A stretch of DNA of 42,339 nucleotides from a virus. Taxonomy: Duplodnaviria > Caudoviricetes. Shown here piece by piece: positions 8,564 to 18,704 of this stretch (position 1 is the first letter of the stretch; every line of letters starts with the position of its first letter). Made by a program: the position numbers and the translations under genes. Location of the stretch: IMG/VR virus record IMGVR_UViG_3300049137_000021, positions 1-42,339 of that record. One strand, 5' to 3'. The notes below the pieces were generated by a model that did not search any database, had not been told where the DNA came from, and saw only the letters and a list, made by a program, of their open reading frames with translations.

Positions 8564-10747
8564 ATGTCCAGACCGATTCAGGTCACGATCATGGGCGACG
8601 CCGAACAGCTCTCACAGACGCTCGATGAAGCGTCGGAGGAAGTCAGCGCGTTCGGCGAGACGGCGAAGGGGCTTGCGCTCGCTGCGGGTGGGGCTATTGC
8701 CCTGGGTATAGGCGCGGGCATTGCGTCTGCGCTGGAGAAGGAAGTAGGCAACGACCTGCTTGCCGCTCAGTTGGGCGCGTCCCCCGCTGAGGCAAAGACC
8801 CTGGGCGAAGCGGCCGGATCGGTCTACGCCGCCGGTTATGGCGAATCTGTGGCCGACGCTAACGAAGCACTCAAGGCTCTTTGGCAGCAAGGGCTTGTTC
8901 CGGCCGGAGCGACTGCCGACGAAATGGCGAACATTTCGAAGAAGGCTATGGACGTCTCGTCGGTCCTGGGCGATGAAGTCGGGCCTACCGCTAACGCCGT
9001 CGGCCAAATGCTGAAGACCGGCCTTGCGAAGAATGCTGACGAAGCGTTCGACATCATCGTTCGCGGAACGCAGGAAGGCGCGAACAAGGCGGAAGATCTG
9101 CTCGACACGTTCAACGAGTATGGCGTGCAGTTCAAGGGGCTGGGGCTCGACGGCAAGGCTGCCATGGGTCTGCTGTCCCAGGGACTCAAGGGCGGGGCTC
9201 GTGACGCCGACCTTGTGGCCGACTCGCTGAAGGAGTTCGGCATTGTCGTCCGCGCGGGTGGCGACGACGTGAACGCCGCCTACAAGGAAATGGGCTTGTC
9301 CGGTAAGGACATGACGAAGGCCATCGCCGAAGGTGGCCCGGCGGCAGCGAAGGCGCTTGACCAGACGCTCGACGGGCTCCGGAAAGTCAAGGACCCGGCG
9401 GACCGTTCAGCGATCGCTGTGAAGCTCTTCGGCACGACCGCTGAGGACATGCAGGATGCCCTTCTGAAGCTCGACCCGTCGGAGGCTGTCGCATCGCTGG
9501 GCAAGGTGGACGGCGCCGCTAAGAAGGCGGGCGACACGATGCACGACAATGCCGCCACGAACGTGAAGCAATTCACCCGGGCGCTCAAGTCGGGCTTCAC
9601 TGATTTTCTCGGCGCGACGGTAATTCCCGCCGTTCAGCTTTTGGCTGGGAAGCTGGAAACGGTGGGGCGCGCCTTCTCCACTGCCGCGGGTTTCATCTCT
9701 CAGCACAGCACGATATTCGGCACGATCGCCGGTCTGATCATGACGCTTCTGATGCCCGCGCTTATCGCATGGGGAGTCACTGCGACACAGACGGCGATAG
9801 CGAATGTCACGGCGTGGGTTACTACGGCTTCCACGTCGACGACGTCAGCGGCAACTCAGGTGCTCGCGCATTGGTCGGTGGTCGGCGGGTGGATCAAGTC
9901 GGCGGCAACGGCTGTCGTGAGCGCGGCAACTGTGGTCGGCGGCTGGGTCGCCATGGGCGCTCAGGCAATGATTCAGGCGGCGCGTATGGCTGCCGCGTGG
10001 CTTATCGCCATGGGCCCGATCGGGCTTCTGATCGCTGCCATTGTGGGGCTCGTTGCAATCGTCGTAGCCAACTGGGACACAGTGTGGAAGTACACACAAA
10101 AGGTCTTCGGGTGGCTTTGGGACTGGGTCAAGAAAATCTTCGGTTGGTTGAAGGACTTGTTCCTCAACTTCTCCGGCCCGGGGATCATCGTCAAGCACTG
10201 GGACAAGATTTGGTCGGCAACGAAGTCCACGTTCAACAGCGTGAAGAACTTCGCGTCGGATGCCCTGGGCGCCGTGGTCGACTTCGTGCGGAGCCTGCCG
10301 AACAAGCTCGTTGCTGCGGCGGTGCGACTCGTTCAGGCCGGTCGGACGATCGGCGGCAAGGTAATCGACGGAATCAAGTCCGGGCTTTCCAAGCTGGGAG
10401 GCTTCGCGTCGTCGCTTGCTGGGGCTGTTACGTCAGCGGCGAAGGGTGCCATCAACGGCGTTATCGACCTGCTGAACTTCGCCATTCCGAACAAGCTCGG
10501 CTGGGGCAAGCTGAGCATTGACCTTCCGGCGAATCCGATTCCCAAGATTCGCGCCATGGGTGGCCCGGCTTCCGGCTGGACTCGCGTCGGTGAGCGCGGC
10601 CCCGAGGAAGTGTTCCTTCCGAATGGTTCGACAGTCCGGCCCAATCACGCGCTGAGCACCGGCAGCGGAGTCACGGTGAACGTTCAGACGAACGCCGACC
10701 CGTGGCAGATCGGCCGTGAGGTGGCATGGGCGCTGAGGACGTCGTGA
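8564..10747 (+). CDS. Tape measure protein
   Basis: 727 aa, Ala/Gly-rich, Trp-periodic repeats, C-terminal 'AMGG...VGERGPE'. Confidence 0.95.
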   Translation: MSRPIQVTIMGDAEQLSQTLDEASEEVSAFGETAKGLALAAGGAIALGIGAGIASALEKEVGNDLLAAQLGASPAEAKTLGEAAGSVYAAGYGESVADANEALKALWQQGLVPAGATADEMANISKKAMDVSSVLGDEVGPTANAVGQMLKTGLAKNADEAFDIIVRGTQEGANKAEDLLDTFNEYGVQFKGLGLDGKAAMGLLSQGLKGGARDADLVADSLKEFGIVVRAGGDDVNAAYKEMGLSGKDMTKAIAEGGPAAAKALDQTLDGLRKVKDPADRSAIAVKLFGTTAEDMQDALLKLDPSEAVASLGKVDGAAKKAGDTMHDNAATNVKQFTRALKSGFTDFLGATVIPAVQLLAGKLETVGRAFSTAAGFISQHSTIFGTIAGLIMTLLMPALIAWGVTATQTAIANVTAWVTTASTSTTSAATQVLAHWSVVGGWIKSAATAVVSAATVVGGWVAMGAQAMIQAARMAAAWLIAMGPIGLLIAAIVGLVAIVVANWDTVWKYTQKVFGWLWDWVKKIFGWLKDLFLNFSGPGIIVKHWDKIWSATKSTFNSVKNFASDALGAVVDFVRSLPNKLVAAAVRLVQAGRTIGGKVIDGIKSGLSKLGGFASSLAGAVTSAAKGAINGVIDLLNFAIPNKLGWGKLSIDLPANPIPKIRAMGGPASGWTRVGERGPEEVFLPNGSTVRPNHALSTGSGVTVNVQTNADPWQIGREVAWALRTS

Positions 10748-10756
10748 CGACTCAAC

Positions 10757-10772
10757 CTACTCACGTGAGTAG
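10757..10772. promoter_or_regulatory. Repressor operator (CIR) copy 4
   Basis: CTACTCACGTGAGTAG. Confidence 0.75.
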
Positions 10773-10790
10773 GCTGGAAGGAGTGTTGAA

Positions 10791-11657
10791 GTGGCGGAGT
10801 TGAGTGACTGGACATGTGAGTTTGGCGGGCTCGTCATGGGTCTGCCCGACTCCGCCATTTCGATCGTCGGCGCTGACGGGCTCTTGTCGCTGCCGGATGT
10901 ACGGTCGTCCGATCTCGCGCTTGTGCAGCGGGATGGTTTGTGGCCCGGGAAGGACTACCTGAGCGGGCGCACAGTCACGCTGACGCTGGAGATCTACGGC
11001 CGGACGCGCGAGGAGTTCACAGCGTCCCTGAACGCCCTTCAGGCGGCGTTCATGCCGGGCCGGGACGAGCGCCCCTTCCGTTTCCTGTTCCCGGGGATTG
11101 CGGGCGACCGGACGGCGTACGTGAATGCCCGCGTGCGTCGACGGAGCGCCCCGCTGGATCTGAGCTTCGCCTACCGCACGTGCAACATGGTCGTTGAGCT
11201 GTTCGCGACTCAGCCGTACATTCACGCTGACTCGCCCCGCACGATCACGGCGCGGAGCTACCGGCGCACGGTGACGCCGACGGGCTTCGTTCCTCCGGCT
11301 ACGGTGCCGTGGACGATTGCCACTCAGGGCGCTCAGCCGGTCGACCCGGTTACGCGCTTCACTCAGTACGGCTCGTTCGCCGCTCAGCCGTTCATCATCA
11401 TCGAGAACGCGGCTTCCCCCGTGCTGATCGACGACGTCACGGGACGGTTCTTCAGCGTCGACTACGACGGCACGCTGATCGTTGACTGTGCTGCGCAGAC
11501 GGTTACGAACGCAGCGGGCACGGACGTGAGCGGGCATATCGGCGTGGGCTCGACGTGGCCGGAGTTCGGGCCGGGCGAGCACAGGCTTCGGCTCCGCAGT
11601 AGGGACGAGTACACGTCGGCGACGGCAACTCTTACATGGTCGGATAGGTGGGTTTGA
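10791..11657 (+). CDS. Distal tail (Dit-like) protein
   Basis: Immediately after tape measure; 'DG...GRTVTLTL', 'ELFATQPY'. Confidence 0.75.
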   Translation: MAELSDWTCEFGGLVMGLPDSAISIVGADGLLSLPDVRSSDLALVQRDGLWPGKDYLSGRTVTLTLEIYGRTREEFTASLNALQAAFMPGRDERPFRFLFPGIAGDRTAYVNARVRRRSAPLDLSFAYRTCNMVVELFATQPYIHADSPRTITARSYRRTVTPTGFVPPATVPWTIATQGAQPVDPVTRFTQYGSFAAQPFIIIENAASPVLIDDVTGRFFSVDYDGTLIVDCAAQTVTNAAGTDVSGHIGVGSTWPEFGPGEHRLRLRSRDEYTSATATLTWSDRWV

Positions 11658-11658
11658 T

Positions 11659-12651
11659 ATGGCGTCCCTTGCATGGTTCCAGGACGGCGTGGGGTACGGC
11701 GCTTCGGAGTTGTCGACGTGGCAGGCGCTGCTTCAGTCGCGCGGCACGTTCCGGCACATGTTCCGGACGACCGAAGAGTTTCGAGGCACGTCGGACACGG
11801 TGGCGCGCACGGTGGCTGTCGCAGCGGGAAGCGTGCTTGTCGGCTCCGCAACCGGCGGTGCTACGTGGGCGTGGGCGAGCGGCGTGACGCTGAACGTTCC
11901 GGCGGCTTCGAACCTGAACCCGCGGAAGGATCTGGTCATTGCGCGGCTCACGACGACGGCTGTTGAGGGCGTGAACGGGCTGTCGATCGAGCTTATCCAG
12001 GGCACACCTGCGGCGGCTCCCACGGTTCCGACACGGCCTGACAACTCCGTAGCGCTGCTCGTGCTCGACGTCCCGAAGTCGTCGGCCACGTGGACGCTCA
12101 CCGCTGTGCGTACGACGGGCCAGTACGCCGACCAAGCTGCACTGTGCGACGGGTTCGCCGCTGTCGACTGGGCGGGTGTCCTGCCGTCTGCCGCGGGCTT
12201 CCCGACGGGCTTCACGCTGTACGACTACGGCACAAATCAGCGTTGGGTGCGGCGCGCTAATCAGACGTGGTACACGACGGACTACGGCCCTTGGGTTGCC
12301 GTGTCGCTGCTGAACTTCACGGTCGGCTCGACGAACGTCACGACGTCGGGCGAGTTGTGGGTGCGCGAGTCTTCAGCGGCGTGGGAACTGTCCGGCCGTG
12401 TCGACTTCTCCCCCGGCTTCACCCCGAACGGGCTCGTGTCGTCTATCGGGTCGGTACCGGCTTCGATCACGCGGCCGACGGCGCACGTCTACACGGTGGT
12501 CGGGCAGTCGTACAGTTCCGCGTCCGGCGTGAATGCGGCGCGGCTTGCGTACACGACTACGGGCGGGCTCGAACTGGGCGCCGACGGCGGGGGCACGATT
12601 TCCGCGCTGTACGTGAATGCGCAGCTTTCGAAGTCCCCGGCGAATAGCTAG
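11659..12651 (+). CDS. Minor tail protein
   Basis: 'NPRKDLVIARL...IQGTPAAAPTVP' motif common in actinophage tail proteins. Confidence 0.7.
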   Translation: MASLAWFQDGVGYGASELSTWQALLQSRGTFRHMFRTTEEFRGTSDTVARTVAVAAGSVLVGSATGGATWAWASGVTLNVPAASNLNPRKDLVIARLTTTAVEGVNGLSIELIQGTPAAAPTVPTRPDNSVALLVLDVPKSSATWTLTAVRTTGQYADQAALCDGFAAVDWAGVLPSAAGFPTGFTLYDYGTNQRWVRRANQTWYTTDYGPWVAVSLLNFTVGSTNVTTSGELWVRESSAAWELSGRVDFSPGFTPNGLVSSIGSVPASITRPTAHVYTVVGQSYSSASGVNAARLAYTTTGGLELGADGGGTISALYVNAQLSKSPANS

Positions 12652-12666
12652 TTGCCGACTCCCTTC
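12651..12666 (+). promoter_or_regulatory. Phage-specific promoter motif
   Basis: GTTGCCGACTCCCTTC, matching the phiC31 lytic promoter consensus as I recall it. Confidence 0.7.
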
Positions 12667-12687
12667 ATATAGGTAGGGGGTACGCCT

Positions 12688-13773
12688 ATGTCCGAATACG
12701 AAGTACTTCAGGTTGAGGCCCGTACCGGCAACGTTGAAGCGACGTTGCCGGTCACCGGCATTTCCTACAGTGAGACGCTCAATGGCGCAGGGTCAGCGAG
12801 CCTCACTATCCCGCTCGATCTTGCCGACCCGGCGAAGCTGAAGGTTGGGCGCAGCGCCCTTGTGCCGACGGCCGACGGTGAACCCGTGTGGGGCGGGCTG
12901 CTGTGGGGAGCTACTGCCGATCTCGCTGCGGGCACGCTGACGCTGAACGCTTCCGGGTGGCATAGCTACTACGACCGGCGGTATCTCGTGCGATTCGTTC
13001 CGCGGTTGGGCCCATCGCTGGGTCGCTGGTCCGGCTACGCGGCGCGCAAGGAACGCTCAGAGATGCTCCGCGACTGGTTCGAGATTGCGGCCGACGAGGG
13101 TATCGGTACTGACACGTCGCTTCTCACGGAACACGGGTACTTCCGTTCGCGCAATTGGGGCTTCGCCGAATTCAAGAACATGGCGGAGGCAATCGACGAG
13201 CTTGCGGAGGAAGGCAGCGGGTTCGACTTTTGGTACGAGACGGTTTGGCGCAATGCGGCGCGCACTCGTATCGCGAACCGAATCCGTATGCGTTCGCGGC
13301 TGTCGCGCGCGTTCCCTACGCTGACGCACCGCAGCAACGCCGATATCACTCAGGTCACGTACGACGGCACGAAGTTGGCTACGCGGGTGTGGGCTTTCGG
13401 CGCCGACGACGGCAAGGGATCAAAGCCGTTCGCTACGCGAGACAACACGCTGGACACGCCGAAGCTGGACCAGGTCGTGACCTTCTCCGACGTGAAGAAC
13501 CTTGCCGCGCTTCAGCCGAAGTCGTCGGCGATGTCGGCAGCGGGAAGGGTGCCTATCGCCATTCCCACGCTGACCGTGTACCCGGGCCTTTTCCAGCCGT
13601 CTCAGTTCATGCCGGGTTCCGTCGGCTTCGTGAAGGCTGACGCCGGTTACGTGAAGCTCAATGACGACTACGTGCTAACGGAACGGCACGTGACCGTGGA
13701 CGAGAACGGCACGGAAACCATTTCGCTGTCACTCGCTAGTAAAGAGGTTTTCGTCAGTGACGATTCAAGCTAA
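12688..13773 (+). CDS. Minor tail / baseplate hub protein
   Basis: 361 aa, 'SYSETLNGAGSASLTIP...VWGG' siphophage hub-like pattern; tail synteny. Confidence 0.7.
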   Translation: MSEYEVLQVEARTGNVEATLPVTGISYSETLNGAGSASLTIPLDLADPAKLKVGRSALVPTADGEPVWGGLLWGATADLAAGTLTLNASGWHSYYDRRYLVRFVPRLGPSLGRWSGYAARKERSEMLRDWFEIAADEGIGTDTSLLTEHGYFRSRNWGFAEFKNMAEAIDELAEEGSGFDFWYETVWRNAARTRIANRIRMRSRLSRAFPTLTHRSNADITQVTYDGTKLATRVWAFGADDGKGSKPFATRDNTLDTPKLDQVVTFSDVKNLAALQPKSSAMSAAGRVPIAIPTLTVYPGLFQPSQFMPGSVGFVKADAGYVKLNDDYVLTERHVTVDENGTETISLSLASKEVFVSDDSS

Positions 13774-14383
13774 CGCGCGTCCGCCTTCTCTCGTGGCGGA
13801 GCTACAGGAGTTGAAGCGGCGCCTAGACGCGCTCGAACGAAAGCCGAAGCTCGGCAGCGTAAATGAGCGCTTGCCGTACGGCTCGTTTCAGTCGCCGTCG
13901 CTGGAAGGCACTGCGGGCTCGACGACTCACACCCTGGGCGTCATCAACTCGACCGGCCTGAACATGCCGACACTGATCCTGCTGATCCCGTTCCACATTC
14001 CTCAGAGCACTACGGCGGCGCTCGATGTGTCGGTCACGGTGTGGCTTCGCGACATGATCAGCGGCACGAAGACGCGCGAGATCACGGTCACGACGGCCGA
14101 CGACACTTCAACGCCGGGCAACACGCGCACGATCACGTGGGCGTGGAAGCACCCCCAGCCGGTCAGCTTCGACGACGCGAACGAATGGAAGGGCTTTGCC
14201 ATCGAGTACCGCGTGAACAAGCGCGAGGACTTCGGCGGGGAGTCGCTGACTGTCGGCATGGGCAATCCTCTGCTGATCACGGGCGTACCGGCCGACACGT
14301 ACGAGGAAGAGGCCACGGACGGCAACCCGCGCATTGGCGGCGTGCTGACTCCGACGGACGGAGGGCCGGTCACATGGGGCTGA
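13757..14383 (+). CDS. Minor tail protein
   Basis: N-terminal coiled coil 'LQELKRRLDALER', overlapped start in the tail operon. Confidence 0.6.
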   Translation: MTIQANARPPSLVAELQELKRRLDALERKPKLGSVNERLPYGSFQSPSLEGTAGSTTHTLGVINSTGLNMPTLILLIPFHIPQSTTAALDVSVTVWLRDMISGTKTREITVTTADDTSTPGNTRTITWAWKHPQPVSFDDANEWKGFAIEYRVNKREDFGGESLTVGMGNPLLITGVPADTYEEEATDGNPRIGGVLTPTDGGPVTWG

Positions 14384-14625
14384 GTGACATGGTCGGCGCA
14401 GCGGAGATTGCGGGCGGCGTGTGCCTGTTTCTCATGCTCGTGTACCGGCAGGTAAAGACCGGCGCGCGGGATGCGTGGCGCGAGGAAGCTGAAGCACAGA
14501 CGGCTCGCGCTGACCGGCTGGAAAACGAAGTTGCGCGCCTTATCGGAATCGTCGAGCTTCTCCGCAAGGAAAACGGCGAGCTTCGGGCGCGCGTGGAAAA
14601 CCTGATTGGGGGCGGACGTGAGTAA
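14374..14625 (+). CDS. Small membrane protein with coiled coil (83 aa)
   Basis: [24 protein letters not shown] (one TM) then coiled coil; RBS GGAGGG. Confidence 0.65.
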   Translation: MGLSDMVGAAEIAGGVCLFLMLVYRQVKTGARDAWREEAEAQTARADRLENEVARLIGIVELLRKENGELRARVENLIGGGRE

Positions 14626-15994
14626 CCCCGATCTGATTCCCACGGTGCGCGTCATGGCGACGTACCTGGGCCCGGATAAGCGGCCCCTGAAGGGTTCGGT
14701 CACGTTCACCGGCCCGCCGCTTCTGACGTTCCCGGAAGCCGATCTGTTCATTGCCGGTTCGGTCGTCTGCACATTGGACGAACAGGGGCGGATGATTGAC
14801 CCAGCGGGAAATCTCGGCGTGCTGCTGCCTGCCACGGATTCGCCGAACATGAACCCGACGGGCTGGGCGTACACGGTTAAGGAGTCGCTGACCGGCGTCC
14901 CCGGCACGCGAACCTACGTGATGCTTCTGCCGCAGGACACGCCGGGTGGCAGCGTGGATCTAGCGGACGTGGCGCCGTCCGATCCCATGACGCCGAACTA
15001 CGTGCCTGTGGTGGGCGCGAGCGCGTACGAGATCGCCGTGCAACAGGGCTTCGTCGGCACGGAGGCTGAGTGGCTCGTTTCCCTGAAGGGCGACAAGGGC
15101 GATCCCGGTTCGATCACGTCAGTGAACGGCAAGACCACTTCGGCCGTGACGCTGAACGCTGCTGACGTCGGAGCGCTCGCCCTTACGGGTGGCACAGTGA
15201 CCGGCACGCTGCGGGTGGACACGGCGCAACACGGCTTCACGTCGAAGTCGACGGTCACGGCGAACGGCCACGCTGTCACGGCTTGGATGGCAGCCACGTC
15301 CGGCACGGGCTCAGCGCTCAACGCCGTGTCGGACAACCCTGGGTTCTCTGCCGTTCAAATCAGCGGCAAGGAGACGAACACGGGCACGGTCAAGGTCACG
15401 CACGCGAAGCCGGGCACCGACGACGACGCGGGCGCGGCGGCACTGTCGATTGACCTTGTGGGCGACGGCACTGCCGCGCAAGCAATCTTCATCAACTCGA
15501 CGATCGACCGACTCGACGGCGTGCAGGGTACGACCGGCAACATCATCACGGTTCGGAACACGAAGGGTCGCGAGGATTTCAAGCTTGCCGGGAACGGTCG
15601 CCTGTCGATGGGCGCGGCGATTGGCTACAACCCGACGGCAATGGTCGACCTGCGGATGCCGGACACGACCGTGCCCGCGCTGATCATCCGAGCGTCGGGC
15701 ACTACGGGCGCGAACCTGGTGGAGTTTCAGCGCTCGTCGGACGGCGCTACCCGAACGAGGGTCTCCCCCACGGGTCAGCTCGTCACGCTGGAGACGCTGT
15801 ACGCGGCGGGCACGGGCGTTCAGGTTGGCTCGACGTCGGTCACATTCGGCGGGGGCAGTGGCGTGCTGGGAATCGCGAACGCGGGCACTGTGCCGACGAC
15901 GAACCCGACGGGTGGTGGCGTGCTGTACGTGGAAGCCGGAGCGTTGAAGTACCGCGGACCTAGCGGGCTTGTGACGACGATCGCCAACGCGTAA
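14618..15994 (+). CDS. Tail fibre / receptor-binding protein
   Basis: '[30 protein letters not shown]' with a short collagen-like stretch, 'SVNGKT...VTL', Gly/Thr-rich beta C-terminus. Confidence 0.8.
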   Translation: MSNPDLIPTVRVMATYLGPDKRPLKGSVTFTGPPLLTFPEADLFIAGSVVCTLDEQGRMIDPAGNLGVLLPATDSPNMNPTGWAYTVKESLTGVPGTRTYVMLLPQDTPGGSVDLADVAPSDPMTPNYVPVVGASAYEIAVQQGFVGTEAEWLVSLKGDKGDPGSITSVNGKTTSAVTLNAADVGALALTGGTVTGTLRVDTAQHGFTSKSTVTANGHAVTAWMAATSGTGSALNAVSDNPGFSAVQISGKETNTGTVKVTHAKPGTDDDAGAAALSIDLVGDGTAAQAIFINSTIDRLDGVQGTTGNIITVRNTKGREDFKLAGNGRLSMGAAIGYNPTAMVDLRMPDTTVPALIIRASGTTGANLVEFQRSSDGATRTRVSPTGQLVTLETLYAAGTGVQVGSTSVTFGGGSGVLGIANAGTVPTTNPTGGGVLYVEAGALKYRGPSGLVTTIANA

Positions 15995-16000
15995 TCCAGC

Positions 16001-16016
16001 CTACTCACGTGAGTAG
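16001..16016. promoter_or_regulatory. Repressor operator (CIR) copy 5
   Basis: CTACTCACGTGAGTAG. Confidence 0.75.
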
Positions 16017-16019
16017 GTT

Positions 16020-16050
16020 GAGCCCCTCAGTAACGCGACTGGGGGGCTTT
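16020..16050 (+). terminator. Intrinsic terminator after the tail operon
   Basis: GAGCCCCTCAGT...ACTGGGGGGCTTT. Confidence 0.6.
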
Positions 16051-16074
16051 GTGCTGCAAGAATCGGAGAAGGCA

Positions 16075-16950
16075 TTGAGTATCGCAAAGCTCGTTTCCGT
16101 CGCGAAGGCGGAAGTCGGAATACAGGAAAGCCGCGCGGGTGGCCACTGGGTCAACGATTCGAAGTACAACCGATGGCTTGGTCGCATTCCCGGCTATGCG
16201 CGGGATGGCTACGGCTACCCATGGTGCGCGGCGTTCGTAGCGTGGGTTGCCGACAAGTCCGGCCATGCTGCGCTGTTCCCGAAGTCGGCGTCGTGTGCCG
16301 TCGGCGTGTCCTGGTTCAAGAACAAGGGCCGGTTCAGCGAGTACCCGGCGGTGGGCGCTCAGGTGTTCTTCGGCAACGGGGGCGGCACTCACACGGGTCT
16401 GTGCGTGGCGTACGACGCCGACACGATCACGACCGTCGAAGGCAACACGAACACGTCCGGCGGGGCTGAGGGCGACGGCGTGTACCTGAAGACCCGACGT
16501 CGGCGTGACGCGCACGTGTACGGCTACGGCTACCCGGCGTTCGAGGGTGGCAGCGTGAGCGCGGATCCGTTCGCGGGGAAGTTCGGTTACCGCACGAAGG
16601 CGACCGGCAGCGTGTCCGACGTCAGTCCTGCGGAGCCGAAGCCGTCGGTGCCCAGCGAGCCGAAGCCGCCGAGCCCCAGCAAGCCGAAGCCCAAACCGAA
16701 GGCCTACGAGCCGTTCCCGGGCGCTGAGTTCTTCAAGCGGGAGCCGCGGAGTGCGATCGTCACAGCCATGGGCAAGCGGCTCGTCGCCGTCGGGTGCTCC
16801 GCGTATGAGGACGGTCCGGGTCCCCAGTGGACGGACGCTGACCGGAAGAGCTACGCGAAGTGGCAGCGGAAGCGTGGCTACACGGGCGCCGACGCTGACG
16901 GGTGGCCGGGCAAGTCCACGTGGGACGCGCTGAAGGTTCCGAAGGTCTGA
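16075..16950 (+). CDS. Endolysin: CHAP domain, Pro/Lys linker, peptidoglycan-binding domain
   Basis: 'YPWCAAFVAW', 'HTGL', 'TVEGNT'; C-terminal 'ADGWPGKSTWDAL'; TTG start after GGAG. Confidence 0.9.
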   Translation: MSIAKLVSVAKAEVGIQESRAGGHWVNDSKYNRWLGRIPGYARDGYGYPWCAAFVAWVADKSGHAALFPKSASCAVGVSWFKNKGRFSEYPAVGAQVFFGNGGGTHTGLCVAYDADTITTVEGNTNTSGGAEGDGVYLKTRRRRDAHVYGYGYPAFEGGSVSADPFAGKFGYRTKATGSVSDVSPAEPKPSVPSEPKPPSPSKPKPKPKAYEPFPGAEFFKREPRSAIVTAMGKRLVAVGCSAYEDGPGPQWTDADRKSYAKWQRKRGYTGADADGWPGKSTWDALKVPKV

Positions 16951-17046
16951 CGCTCCGTAGCTACACGGTGTGGGGTATGCCCGGTTTTACACGGGTGTGC
17001 CCCATGCCGGCGTTTCCCAAGATCGTAACTCACAGTTAGGAACACC

Positions 17047-17226
17047 ATGGGCGAACACAGCAAGCCGGGCGGCTCGTACCTGGGCGCCGTCCTGGGCTGG
17101 GCGAAGGCTCACCCGAAGATCGTCAGTGCCGTTGTCGTCGGCGTGGTCGGCGTGATCAGCGCGGTGCGTCCCGACTTCCCCGGCGCTGCCGTCGTGGGGC
17201 TCGTTCACTCCTTCCTGGGCGTCTAG
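17047..17226 (+). CDS. Putative holin (59 aa, not in ORF track)
   Basis: MGEHSKPGGSYLGAVLGWAKAHPKIVSAVVVGVVGVISAVRPDFPGAAVVGLVHSFLGV; hydrophobic, directly after endolysin. Confidence 0.6.
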   Translation: MGEHSKPGGSYLGAVLGWAKAHPKIVSAVVVGVVGVISAVRPDFPGAAVVGLVHSFLGV

Positions 17227-17241
17227 TCACCGACTCCCTTC
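17226..17241 (+). promoter_or_regulatory. Phage-specific promoter motif
   Basis: GTCACCGACTCCCTTC upstream of dNMP kinase. Confidence 0.7.
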
Positions 17242-17275
17242 CTGCCGTGTAGATCACCCAGCGAAGGGACACGGC

Positions 17276-17854
17276 ATGCCCTATTACAAGTCGATCGGAC
17301 TCATTGGCCCGGCTCAGTCCGGCAAGGACACGGTGGGCGCCCGGCTCCGGCAGCGTTACGGCTATCAGCGCGTTGCGTTCGCCGACCCGTTGAAGCGTGC
17401 GGCGCTGAACGTGGACCCTGTCATTCCGGCGTCGTACGGCGTGCACATGAGGTTGTCGACGCTGGTTGCTGACGTCGGGTGGGACTACGCGAAGACCACG
17501 TATCCGGAAGTGCGGCGCGTCCTTCAGCACGTCGGGCAGACGGTCCGCGAGATCGACCCCGAGTTTTGGATCCGCGCCGCCTTCCCGGCGATCGACGCTG
17601 CGGAGCGCCTGGGTCTGCCGGTCGTCGTGACTGACGTCCGGTACCTTAACGAAGTCGTTGCGCTTCAGAACCGGGGCTTCAGCATGCTGCGTGTGACCCG
17701 GCCGGACGCTGGAGTTACCGGCGAGGGCGCGAAGCACAAGAGCGAAACGGAGCTTGACGACTACGCCGCCCGACTGACCATCGCCAACACTGGCACGCTC
17801 GACGATCTGAACCGGATCGTCGACAGCCTGCTACTCCCCCGCGCTGGGCGCTGA
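17276..17854 (+). CDS. Deoxynucleoside monophosphate kinase
   Basis: 'IGLIGPAQSGKDTV', 'FADPLK', 'RRVLQHVG', 'VVTDVRYLNE', 'HKSE'. Confidence 0.92.
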   Translation: MPYYKSIGLIGPAQSGKDTVGARLRQRYGYQRVAFADPLKRAALNVDPVIPASYGVHMRLSTLVADVGWDYAKTTYPEVRRVLQHVGQTVREIDPEFWIRAAFPAIDAAERLGLPVVVTDVRYLNEVVALQNRGFSMLRVTRPDAGVTGEGAKHKSETELDDYAARLTIANTGTLDDLNRIVDSLLLPRAGR

Positions 17855-17860
17855 GCCGCA

Positions 17861-17901
17861 CCCCCTACTGACTGCCTTCGGGTGGCCGGTAGGGGGATTT
17901 T
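17861..17901 (+). terminator. Intrinsic terminator
   Basis: CCCCCTACTGACTGCC-TTCG-GGTGGCCGGTAGGGGG-ATTTT. Confidence 0.7.
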
Positions 17902-17914
17902 CTCGTTTCCGGGG

Positions 17915-17943
17915 TTGCATGTGCCTACTCACGTGAGTAGTCT
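17915..17943 (+). promoter_or_regulatory. Host-type promoter with CIR copy 6 (17925-17940) in the spacer
   Basis: TTGCAT-17 bp-TAGTCT; operator fills the spacer and overlaps the -10. Confidence 0.7.
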
Positions 17944-17976
17944 CTGCCGTGTTGGTAAACGACGAAGGGGGCAGGG

Positions 17977-18150
17977 ATGATCAAGCGCGCGAAGGATGTC
18001 ACGCTGGGGGATGTGCTCGTGACTGAGGCCGGACTGACGGACGTGAAGACGGTCAGCACGGACATGATCACGGGCACCACGATGATCGGGTGGGGCAGGG
18101 ACGCGCTGATTTTCCTGCCGCACGAGCAGGTCGAGACGCTGAACGACTAG
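17977..18150 (+). CDS. Hypothetical protein (57 aa, not in ORF track)
   Basis: MIKRAKDVTLGDVLVTEAG...; RBS AAGGGGG, downstream of the promoter/operator. Confidence 0.65.
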   Translation: MIKRAKDVTLGDVLVTEAGLTDVKTVSTDMITGTTMIGWGRDALIFLPHEQVETLND

Positions 18151-18165
18151 GGAGCGCGACCCAGC

Positions 18166-18181
18166 CTACTCACGTGAGTAG
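18166..18181. promoter_or_regulatory. Repressor operator (CIR) copy 7
   Basis: CCCAGC-CTACTCACGTGAGTAG-GCTGGG perfect extended palindrome. Confidence 0.75.
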
Positions 18182-18208
18182 GCTGGGACTCCAACGGAGG
18201 GGCGGAAC

Positions 18209-18406
18209 GTGAACGCGAAGCCGGAACTGACGAACGAGCAGAAGCGCGAAGTCGTGCGGCACCTGCTGAACGCCGCGGGTACTATGATCGAGTACTGGGA
18301 TGAAGACGAGACGGGAATTGCTGTGCAGGATGCACGGGCGTGCGTGGCGAAGTGGCTGGCCCGGCTTCCCGGAACCGACTGGGACGTGAGACTCGATCAG
18401 CGGTGA
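18209..18406 (+). CDS. Hypothetical protein (65 aa)
   Basis: RBS GGAGG; followed by a hairpin. Confidence 0.7.
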   Translation: MNAKPELTNEQKREVVRHLLNAAGTMIEYWDEDETGIAVQDARACVAKWLARLPGTDWDVRLDQR

Positions 18407-18409
18407 GGC

Positions 18410-18437
18410 GAAGCCCCTGGGGAAACCTGGGGGCTTT
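18410..18437 (+). terminator. Repeated hairpin terminator
   Basis: GAAGCCCCTGGG-GAAA-CCTGGGGGCTTT. Confidence 0.7.
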
Positions 18438-18452
18438 ACTCGCGTTCAGGGG

Positions 18453-18481
18453 TTGCGCATGCCTACTCACGTGAGTAGTCT
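18453..18481 (+). promoter_or_regulatory. Host-type promoter with CIR copy 8 (18463-18478)
   Basis: TTGCGC-17 bp-TAGTCT; same geometry as 17915. Confidence 0.7.
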
Positions 18482-18517
18482 CTTCCTTGTAAGGACGCAG
18501 CGAGGGAAGGGCACGAA

Positions 18518-18700
18518 ATGAACATCGGACTCATTGACTACATGGCCATTAACCCGAAGACGAACCGGCCGATCAAGAAGCGGGTCACGGTCTACACGGC
18601 GACGACGGAAGCCGAAGCCCGCGAACAGCACAACGCGCGGATCGAAGCCGGAGAGATCGAAGCCCCGGCCCGGACCGGCGGATGGTACGTGAAGCGCTAG
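18518..18700 (+). CDS. Hypothetical protein (60 aa)
   Basis: RBS GGAAGGG; flanked by promoter/operator and terminator. Confidence 0.7.
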   Translation: MNIGLIDYMAINPKTNRPIKKRVTVYTATTEAEAREQHNARIEAGEIEAPARTGGWYVKR

Positions 18701-18704
18701 CAAG

